A stretch of 63,541 nucleotides of DNA, filler included. It is 8 parts of 8 records of this genome, joined end to end, with 100 filler letters (N's around TTAATTAATTAA, not from the genome) between each part and the next. Parts side by side here need not be neighbours in the genome. Positions count along the whole stretch, not along the records: positions 1 to 6,030 come from SRR31147125_15923; positions 6,131 to 17,667 come from SRR31147125_15929; 6 more parts are not named here. One strand, given 5' to 3'. Of the stretch, positions 1 to 8,561 are shown piece after piece; position 1 is the first letter of the stretch, and every line of letters begins with the position of its first letter. The notes beneath the pieces were generated by a model. It worked only from the letters and a program-made list of their open reading frames with translations. It did no database searches and was not told the DNA's origin. The position numbers and the translations under genes are program-made.

Positions 1-75
1 TTTTTTTAAGCCTGATATCATAATATTAACTTAAGAGAATTTAAAGGAAAACAAAATTTAAGGAGGAATACACTT

Positions 76-1141
76 ATGATTGATTATTTGACTGAGTACT
101 TTAATAAAAATGAAATTGATTTCTCACAACATGATTTAAATTCACATCAAATCAAGGAGATCAGCAAAAACAGGTTTAGTTTTGACACAATGCAATTTAA
201 TAAAGACGAAAAAAATAGTTTTTTTCTATTTCACCCATATTTGCATAAAGTAAAAGATGAGCTCTTAGAGAAAAATCTCAATGTTAAAAATCACAAAAAA
301 ATAGCTAAAAAAGATTTAGAAACTAGATCCTCTGTGTTCATTATTTCTGATGAAGTTGCAAATCATAAATCAATCTACATTGGTTATCAAGATACAAGAA
401 AATTTTTAAAAATTAATACTTCAGAATTAAATAAATTTAATAATTTAGAGATCGCTACAATTTCTGAGAATAAGAAATACAAAACAAGAATTCGTCAAGT
501 TTTTCCAGAATCTGAGAAGAAAAATATAGGTAATTATAAAAAGTGTTTTCTCGGGTTTAGCGTAGGTAATGACGAATTTAAAGGGGAAAAATTACATGCT
601 ATGCTTAAGTTAATTGATAGCCGCTTTGACGATTGTGTTATTTTCGTGGGAGATTATCTATACAGAAATACGTTGCAAATTTTAAATAAAAATATCTCTA
701 GTGAAAAAGAAGCATTAGAAGAGTGTATCTTGATGGGAAATGATCTGGAAAATAACTTAAACCTAATGTGCTCTTCTTTTTCTATACAATTTACTATAAT
801 GAGATCATCGGACATGATAAGAAGTAAAAAATATTATGAATATTTAAATATATTTCAGGAATTATTTAAATCAAATCGAAAATTTCATGCCTCAGCTTTT
901 AGATTTTCAAAAATTTTTATCACGTAATTTTAAACATACCCAAATGAATATAGATTTATCTATTAAATATTTATTAGAAGAATTAGCATTTTTTGCTTTA
1001 CTTATTGAAAAGGGATATCACGTTATGTTATATCCTGGTGATTTAGAGTGCTTAATTGATATTGCAAGTAATAAGATTGATGGAGCTCCAAAAATATATG
1101 ATAATTTTATAAAAGTTGTTTTAAAAAATTGTGCTAGATAA
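76..1141 (+). CDS. tRNA-dependent cyclodipeptide synthase (CDPS, XYP subfamily) with an N-terminal YbaK/ProX-like domain; split by one frameshift at ~908-918
   Basis: ORF 76-927 has CFLGFSVGN (catalytic Ser, codon 559-561) and F-x2-CVIFVGD-x3-R-x-TL. The overlapping ORF 887-1141 supplies S-x-x-YLLEELAFF and MLYPG (the Y-P of XYP). An AGGAGG RBS lies at 61-66. The frames switch at a CAAAAATTTTT run. Confidence 0.85.
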
Positions 1142-1152
1142 ATCGATTTAAA

Positions 1153-1201
1153 ATAAAAAATAGTTTTCATTCAAAATATTGAAATGAAAACTATTTTTTA
1201 T
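1153..1201. terminator. AT-rich hairpin, probable (bidirectional) intrinsic terminator after the CDPS gene
   Basis: Perfect 19-bp inverted repeat ATAAAAAATAGTTTTCATT (1153-1171) / AATGAAAACTATTTTTTAT (1183-1201). Confidence 0.65.
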
Positions 1202-1305
1202 ATACGCTTTTATTCCCTATTTCATATAAAGTCGTTTGATTTTCAAAACTTTATGTTGTAATATTCTATAAGGGTATTGCATAAAAATTAAAAGGGGTGA
1301 AATCA

Positions 1306-2466
1306 ATGTCAAAAAAATTTCAAATTGATGAGCAAGGATTATATGATATTCTAAATGGTTCTACTTTTTTAGCTAGTGGTGGCGGCGGTTCCATTGATAA
1401 TGGAGCTGACTTGATCAAAGAAATTCTAAAAGATAAAAAATGGAAAGGATTTATAACTTGTGTTTCTTCTCAAAAAATCCATAACGAAGATAACTTAGGA
1501 GTTGTTTGTGCTCCAGCAGCTCCAAAAGCACTAAAAAAATATGGTCTTGGACAATCTCCAATAAAGTCATTTGAACTCATGGAAAAAATGTACAATAATA
1601 CAAATCCTTTTTCATCAAAAAAGAAAAAAGGATTCAAATATAATTATGCTATTCCAATTGAAACAGGTTGCGTTGCCCATTTAATGGCTATTCAAATTGC
1701 CATGAAAAAGGGAATTAAGGTATTAGATGCTGATGGCGCGGGAAGAGCTTATCCAAAAATGTCAATGAATTCTTTTGCTAATTCAGGAATTCCAATAGGA
1801 CCTATGTCTCTTGCTACAGAAAATTCGGTTAAACAAGGTGGAGCCGATTTTTTATTAAATATAAAAAATGCAGATAATGTTGACCAAATATTTAGAAACC
1901 TTTTAGGTACAGATGAATTTAATAATGTTTCTTCTTCGACTTGCTTCTCAATGAATGGAAAAGAAGTCAAAAGAGAAGGAGTTGTAATTAATAATACTAT
2001 TTCCAGAGCAAGAAAATTAGGAAAAATACTTCGTAAATCAAAAGGCCATGCTGTTAAAGATGTTATGACTTTTTTAAATAATGAGTTTGGATTTGCGACA
2101 ATACTCATACAAGGAAAAGTAACAGAAATAATTCAAACTGTCCAAGGTGGATTTGATGTTGGGATTATAAAGGTTAGCGATGGAAAAAAAGAAATTGAAA
2201 TTTTAAATCAAAATGAAAATATTCTTGCTTTATCAAATCAAAAAAACCATCCACTCGCAATGGGCCCCGATTTAATTTGTTATATGGATGAAGAAGGAAA
2301 TGTTTATAGTAATCCTGATTTAAAAAAAGATAAAAATATTGTTGTCATCGCTGTTAAAGCAGATAAAGAATATAACACTAAATATATTCAAAATGAATTT
2401 AAGGGAATCTTTGAAGGCTTAAATTACTTCGGACCATATATCCCAGTTAATAAATTAAACAAATAG
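1306..2466 (+). CDS. DUF917 family protein (thiohydantoin desulfurase/desulfhydrase-like)
   Basis: Motifs G-x3-LASGGGG, PIETG, DADGAGRAYP, QNEN and GPDLIC. ATG at 1306 follows a GGGGTG SD; alternative GTG start at 1297. Confidence 0.85.
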   Translation: MSKKFQIDEQGLYDILNGSTFLASGGGGSIDNGADLIKEILKDKKWKGFITCVSSQKIHNEDNLGVVCAPAAPKALKKYGLGQSPIKSFELMEKMYNNTNPFSSKKKKGFKYNYAIPIETGCVAHLMAIQIAMKKGIKVLDADGAGRAYPKMSMNSFANSGIPIGPMSLATENSVKQGGADFLLNIKNADNVDQIFRNLLGTDEFNNVSSSTCFSMNGKEVKREGVVINNTISRARKLGKILRKSKGHAVKDVMTFLNNEFGFATILIQGKVTEIIQTVQGGFDVGIIKVSDGKKEIEILNQNENILALSNQKNHPLAMGPDLICYMDEEGNVYSNPDLKKDKNIVVIAVKADKEYNTKYIQNEFKGIFEGLNYFGPYIPVNKLNK

Positions 2467-2477
2467 GAGCTGATAAA

Positions 2478-3218
2478 ATGAGTAAAATTAAACTAAGAAT
2501 TATTGTTCCTGCTAATACAGACACTTTTAACAAATATATATATGATAGTGCTTTAGCTGTTGTCCCCCAAAATGTTAAACTTGACATAGAGAATATAACT
2601 GGAGGAAATGATTGTATAGAGTGTCGATATAACCTTATGCAAAATGCACCGTATGTAATCGAGGCTGTAAAAAAGGCTAAAAAAGATGGAATCGATGGAA
2701 TCTTTGTATCTGATATGGATTTTTGTGGAGTTGAAGTCGCAAGAGAAATTGTTAATATTCCTGTAATAGGAGGTTTTAGACCAAGTGCATTTACAGCAAT
2801 GTCTTTAGCACAAAAATTTTCAATTATTACTATAACAGAGACAATCATGGATTACCAAATAGAGCATATCAGAGCTTTCGGAATAACACAAAACTTTGCG
2901 TCGATTAGAGCAACAAATATACCGGTTAATATTTTGGCTGGCATGTATACCAATCCACAGTATAGAGGAGAGGTTATTGAAAAGGTCACTGCCGAAAGTC
3001 TAAAAGCTATAAAAAAAGATGGCGCAGATGCAATAATATTTGGGTGCACGGGATTTGTTGATATTGCAGCTGAGGTTGCAACAAACCTAAAAGAGCAGGG
3101 ATATAATATTCCAGTATTGGATCCTAACAAAATTGCCATAAATTTTTTATATAATATTGTAAGCAATAATCTTATGCAAAGCCGATTAAGCTATTTTAAA
3201 TATAAACCGAGTAAATAA
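2478..3218 (+). CDS. Asp/Glu/hydantoin (allantoin) racemase family protein
   Basis: IIVPANT N-terminus, G-x3-AREIVNIPVIG, KFSIIT and DGADAIIFGCTGF. AGGAG RBS; starts 11 nt after the DUF917 stop. Confidence 0.85.
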   Translation: MSKIKLRIIVPANTDTFNKYIYDSALAVVPQNVKLDIENITGGNDCIECRYNLMQNAPYVIEAVKKAKKDGIDGIFVSDMDFCGVEVAREIVNIPVIGGFRPSAFTAMSLAQKFSIITITETIMDYQIEHIRAFGITQNFASIRATNIPVNILAGMYTNPQYRGEVIEKVTAESLKAIKKDGADAIIFGCTGFVDIAAEVATNLKEQGYNIPVLDPNKIAINFLYNIVSNNLMQSRLSYFKYKPSK

Positions 3219-3296
3219 AGTTAACCTTGTAAAGGTGCGGAGCTACTCTCCTCAACCTTAGAAATCTCATTAATTATTATTTGTTATCAGAGTGGA

Positions 3297-6030
3297 GTGA
3301 GTAAGATGCATCCAAATAAAAAAAGATTCCTCCTATTTCTATTAATCATTATTAATTTTACAAGTTTTTCTAAATCAAACATTTGGTTTAAACAAGAATT
3401 GAGTACAGAAAGTTTCAACATAATGGTTACTCAAGATAAAGATGGGTTTCTCCTTTTTGCAACCACCGATGGTATCATCAAATATGATGGCTATAATAAG
3501 CATATCATATCAGCAGGAGAAAACTCAATTTCTTCAAATTTAGTTCCCTCTATATTTGTTGACAGTGAGGGACTTATATGGATTGCTACATGGAATGGAT
3601 TAAACCTTTATAATAAAACAGATAAAAGTTTTACTTCTTTTTCAGCAATAGAAAATGACGAAAGTACTATAAGTAGTAGTAAATTTAATTGGGCTCCAAA
3701 ATTGATTGCAGAAGACAGTGATGGCGAAATTTGGATTGGAACTCAATATGGATTAAATAAATATAACAAGAAAAGTAAAAAGTTTATTAGATATGGAAAA
3801 AATCTTCCCGCAATTAGCGATGATAATATTTGGTGCCTTATTGCAGACAAAAATAACAATATATGGGTTGGGACGCAAGAAGGAGGACTGCTAAAGTATA
3901 ATAAGAAAAACGATTCATTTACACTTTACAAACATAACCCTTTAAGGCCTAATGAATCTATTGGAAAAGGTACTGTTTATTCAATTCTTGAAGATAACAA
4001 CGGTTTTATTTGGGTTGGAACAAGTGAAGGAGGATTAACAAGGCTTAATCCAAATACATTGCAATATAAAAATTATAGACACAATCCCAATAATCCTAAT
4101 AGCCTCGCTTCAAATGAAGTTTTCTCTCTAATGGAAGATCGGCAAAACAATATTTGGATCGGTCGAAACTACAGTTCATCTTTTGGTATTGAAAAGTTCA
4201 CACCACACCTAGAGAAATTCGAGGTATATTCAGAAAACAAAGCTAGCGGCCTTAGTGGAAATAATTATATGACAAGTTTTCAAGATAGTTCAGGAACAAT
4301 ATGGTTTCCAAATAATTTAGGAGAAGTTGATAAGTTTGACCCAAAAGCTCCACAATTTAAACAATTTTATCAATTAAAAACAGTTTTATCAACCTATGAA
4401 GATAAATATAATAACTTATGGTTTGCTACTGCAACAGAGGGCTTAATTAAGTATAGCGATGGAGAGTATACATTCTATCAGCCTAATAGCAATGAACAAA
4501 ACTCAATTCCAAGAAGTTATATTTTTTCAGCTATAGAAGATGCTGATGGACTCTTTTGGATAACGACTGATGATGGCAAGTTATGTATATTTAATAGAGA
4601 GACTGAAAAGATTGATAAAATATTTGAAAACAGCATTATTAAAACTGCTGCACGAGATTTGACGCAAGATAAATTTGATAAAAATATCTTTTGGTTTGGT
4701 AGTGAAGGTGATGGATTTTTTAAATTTAATAAAGAGAGCGGGGAATTCAAGCAATATAAAAATAATCCCAAAGATGAAAATAGTATTTCCAATAACATTA
4801 TTCAAAATTTATATCAAGACGAAAATGGAATTCTATGGATTCCAACACATGGTGGTGGTTTAAATCGATTCAACCGAGAAACTGAAACTTTTACCGCATT
4901 CAAAAAAAATAATTTAAACCAAAATTCAATTAGCGGAAACATGATCTTTGATTGCTTTATTGATTCTAAAAATAGATTTTGGATTACTACAGATGATGGT
5001 GGCTTAAATCAGTTTATTGTTAAGAAAAACAAGTTCATAAAATATGGCGTTAATAATGGTTTTCATACTGAAGCTCTTAGATCTATTATTGAAGATGAGT
5101 TTGGTTATCTTTGGATTACATCCAATTCTGGATTGTATAAATTTGATCCCTCTACAGAAAAAGTTTTAAATATCTATTCTGAAAAAGACGGATTAGTAGG
5201 TAGTCAATTTAATTTTTTTGTTACAACAACTAAAAAATTAAAGGATAATAGTATAATCGTTACAACAACAAAAGGAGTCAATAGATTTCATCCTAAAAAT
5301 ATTTTAAAAAATAACTATCAACCTCCACTAGTTCTTACCTCACTAACTCACAACGGGGAGGATTTGGTTCCAGATAAAGCTCCAGAGGTTATAAAAGAGA
5401 TTACTTTACATTGGCCGGAGAGTAGCTTTACTTTCGAATACGCCGCTCTAAACTATACTCTACCAGAGAAGAGTAAGTATAAATATTTCTTAGAAGGATT
5501 TGATACAAAATGGTACGATGCTGGGTATAGGCGATTTGGTCGTTACTCTAAGCTTCCTGGGGGGCATTACACTCTTCGGATAAAAGGAACAAATAACGAT
5601 GGGATATGGAGTGACCAAGAAGCAGTATTAAAGGTTACTATTATTCCTGCATTCTGGCAGACTACAGTATTTAAGTTTCTAATTGTTCTTTTAGTTATTC
5701 TATTAGGATTTTTAATCTCATACTTAAGAATAAAAAGTGTAAAGGATAGAAATATTGAACTTGAAAATCTAGTTGAAATAAGAACACACGAATTGATTAA
5801 GAAAAAAGATGAATTAAATGAAAAAAACGTTAAATTAGTTGATAGTATTCAATATGCTAAAAGAATACAGGAAGTTATTTTACCAACAGAAGAGCAATTT
5901 AGAAATAGCTTTGAAGATGTTATGCTTTTCTACAAAGCTAAAGATATTGTTTCTGGAGATTTCTTCTGGCTTAATGAATGGAATGATAATATATTCGTTG
6001 TAGTCGCAGATTGTACTGGGCACGGAGTCC
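3297..6030 (+). CDS. Sensor protein: two-component-regulator beta-propeller + Y_Y_Y domain + TM + SpoIIE/PP2C phosphatase (3'-truncated)
   Basis: Signal peptide; repeated D-x-x-G-x-IWIGT-x-x-GL blades; Y_Y_Y (YKYFLEGFD...YSKLPGGHYTLRIKGTNNDGIW); TM helix; SIQYAKRIQ, KDIVSGDFFW and ADCTGHGV at the contig end. Confidence 0.9.
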
Positions 6031-6130
6031 NNNNNNNNNNNNNNNNNNNNNNNNNNNNNNNNNNNNNNNNNNNNTTAATTAATTAANNNNNNNNNNNNNN
6101 NNNNNNNNNNNNNNNNNNNNNNNNNNNNNN
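6031..6130. other. Artificial contig-joining spacer
   Basis: 100 nt of N around TTAATTAATTAA (stops in all six frames). Confidence 0.97.
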
Positions 6131-6132
6131 TA

Positions 6133-7518
6133 TTTGTTTTTAGTGCATGCGACGATTATCTGGATTTAGCTCCTGTTTCGGAGATTGGTGAGAATGGATT
6201 TTACACCAACGAAAGTGAAATTGACGCGGCAGTAGTTGCTATTTACGACGGATTACAGGAGATTCCTGAAGTTGAATTTGCAGTAACTGATTTACGTTCA
6301 GACAATGGACGCACTAAAACAAGCGAAGGCTCTTGGGCTCAATTCGAAAATATGAATGTAGACCCAACCAATGCTACTGTTTCAGAATATTGGTCGTATA
6401 ACTATAACACAATCTTTAGAGCAAACAAAGTGCTCGAAAATATAGAGGTACTTGAAGAAGGAACTTCAAAATCGCAATTCGAAGGCGAAGCTAAATTTGT
6501 AAGGGCTTTATGTCATTTTAATTTGGTGCGCAACTTCGGCGATGTGCCAATTATCACACAAATTGTTCAGGCTACCGACGAAGAATTTTTCGACAGAGAT
6601 CCGGTAGCGAGTGTTTATGCTACTATTGAATCTGATTTAACAGATGCTATTTCGATGCTTCCCGGTCGTTCTGATATTGGCGAAGGAAGAGCAACAGTAG
6701 CTGCTGCGCAAACTCTATTGGCAAAAATTTATTTAGAACTTGGCGAATATGGTTCGGCAAAGACATTGCTCGATGCTGTTATTACCAATTCTGATTATGG
6801 TTTAATGGATAACTATAATGATGTTTTTTATGTTGAAAATAATAAAGAAGTAATTTTTAATATTCAATACATTAACGATAATGCAAACGATAGCCAGAAC
6901 TTTTCGTATAGCATGACATGGGCAGGAAGAGCCGGTGGATTAAATTATCCAACCAACGATTTGGTTGCTTTGGTTCATCCTGCTGCAGTAAGCGGAACTT
7001 CGCAAGTAGAAGTTGATGCTGCTGATGTTGCTGACCAGAGATTCTCAACATTATTCTACTTCGAGCCTTTGGCAAACAACCGATACGAATGTGGAAAATG
7101 GAGAACCGATGCTGCCAGCCCTGAAGAAGGTGGAGGTAACGACTGGATTGTATTACGTTACGGCGATGTATTGCTTATGCGTGTTGAAGCTATTTTGGCA
7201 GGAGGAACATCAACATCTGATGGTACGGCTTTAGGCGATTTTAATTCAATTAGAACCCGTGCCGGTTTGGAAGGAGTAACATCTATTACCAAACAAATGC
7301 TTCTTGATGAAAGACGTGTTGAAATGGCTTTCGAAAATTACCGTATTGCTGATCTTATTCGTTTTGGTGAAGCTGTTAGTGTTATGACTGCTTATGCTAC
7401 ATTACCGACAGAAGATGCCGGAGCAAGTTATAGTTTTACTTCTGAAGATTTGTTATTACCTATCCCACAAAGGGAAACGAATTTATATGATGGATTGACT
7501 CAAAATCCTGGTTACTAG
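6133..7518 (+). CDS. susD: RagB/SusD family nutrient-uptake lipoprotein (5'-truncated)
   Basis: The frame is open from the contig start through a lipobox FSAC-DDYLDLAP. Also EAKFVRALCHFNLVRNFGDVP, LRYGDVLL, ERRVEMAFE and a terminal QNPGY. Confidence 0.92.
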   Translation, partial: FVFSACDDYLDLAPVSEIGENGFYTNESEIDAAVVAIYDGLQEIPEVEFAVTDLRSDNGRTKTSEGSWAQFENMNVDPTNATVSEYWSYNYNTIFRANKVLENIEVLEEGTSKSQFEGEAKFVRALCHFNLVRNFGDVPIITQIVQATDEEFFDRDPVASVYATIESDLTDAISMLPGRSDIGEGRATVAAAQTLLAKIYLELGEYGSAKTLLDAVITNSDYGLMDNYNDVFYVENNKEVIFNIQYINDNANDSQNFSYSMTWAGRAGGLNYPTNDLVALVHPAAVSGTSQVEVDAADVADQRFSTLFYFEPLANNRYECGKWRTDAASPEEGGGNDWIVLRYGDVLLMRVEAILAGGTSTSDGTALGDFNSIRTRAGLEGVTSITKQMLLDERRVEMAFENYRIADLIRFGEAVSVMTAYATLPTEDAGASYSFTSEDLLLPIPQRETNLYDGLTQNPGY

Positions 7519-7548
7519 TTTAGTTAGTTTTAGTTTAGTTAGAATCTT

Positions 7549-7580
7549 GAAAGGGGATGGTGCTCCCGTCCCCTTTTTTC
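7549..7580 (+). terminator. Intrinsic terminator/attenuator after susD
   Basis: AAGGGGATGG / CCGTCCCCTT hairpin followed by a T-tract. Confidence 0.7.
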
Positions 7581-7610
7581 TTTATTAATCACACTCTAAT
7601 AAATTTCACG

Positions 7611-8546
7611 ATGAAATCAAGAAGGTCGTTTATTAAACTAACATCGCTTGCTTCAACTGCGGCACTCTCTGGATTAAATCCCTTGTTTGCAGGAAATTAC
7701 ACTCCTGCTCCGATGGCAAGAAAAGTTTATATTTTTTCGAAACATTTGCAGTGGCTCGGCTTCGAAAAGATGGCGAAAACGGCACAGAAAATTGGTTTCG
7801 ATGGAGTTGATTTAACGGTCCGCCCCAAAGGGCATGTTTTACCCGAAAGAGTAAAAGAAGACCTTCCCAAAGCTGTTCGGACCATAAAAAATGCCGGCCT
7901 TTTAGCCGACCGAATGACCACTGCAATTACCAACCCCGACGATGCATTAACAATTGATATTTTGGAAACCGCTGCAAAGCTTGGAATTAAAAATTACCGC
8001 CTTGGCTGGTTTTCTTACAATCAATCTATTTCGATAGAACAAAACATTGAAAATTTTAATTCGAAACTTAAAAAGTTAGCTGAATTGAATAAAGATTTGG
8101 GATTAACTGCAGCCTACCAGAACCATGCCGGCGAAATGGCCGGAAGCCCTGTTTGGGATATGGGAATGATGCTTGAAGGAATTGAGCCTGAATTTGTTGG
8201 AATACGTTACGATATTCGCCATGCAACAGTTGAAGGAGGAACTGCCTGGCCACTTGGTATGAAATTTTTAGCGAATAAAATTAATAGCTTCGATATAAAA
8301 GACTTTATCTGGAAAGAACTGGAAGGGAAATGGAAAACAAACAATGTGCCGCTTGGAGAAGGCATGGTTGATTTCGAGCGCTACTTCCAAATACTTAACG
8401 AATTAAAAATCAAGGGCAATTTTACCCTTCATTTGGAATATCCTATAGGTGGAGCTGAGCATGGGAAAAGCGAACTAAGCTGTTCGCCCGACACTGTTAT
8501 TTCTGCCATGAAAAAAGACTTAAGCACCCTACGCAATTTCTTTTAA
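7611..8546 (+). CDS. Tat-exported xylose-isomerase-like TIM barrel (AP endonuclease 2 / sugar phosphate isomerase-epimerase family)
   Basis: MKSRRSFIK twin-arginine signal; GFDGVDLTVRPKGHV, YQNHAG, YDIRHA, IKDF, PLGEGMVD and LHLEY. Confidence 0.85.
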   Translation: MKSRRSFIKLTSLASTAALSGLNPLFAGNYTPAPMARKVYIFSKHLQWLGFEKMAKTAQKIGFDGVDLTVRPKGHVLPERVKEDLPKAVRTIKNAGLLADRMTTAITNPDDALTIDILETAAKLGIKNYRLGWFSYNQSISIEQNIENFNSKLKKLAELNKDLGLTAAYQNHAGEMAGSPVWDMGMMLEGIEPEFVGIRYDIRHATVEGGTAWPLGMKFLANKINSFDIKDFIWKELEGKWKTNNVPLGEGMVDFERYFQILNELKIKGNFTLHLEYPIGGAEHGKSELSCSPDTVISAMKKDLSTLRNFF

Positions 8547-8561
8547 AAGAACGAAAATTTA

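Noticed and set aside
1306-3218. A complete ergothioneine degradation pathway
   Set aside because: No ergothionase, thiourocanate hydratase or hydantoinase is present on the contig; only the family resemblance is supported.
7516-7542. TAGTT-type short tandem repeat after susD
   Set aside because: Short low-complexity run with no spacers; not CRISPR-like.
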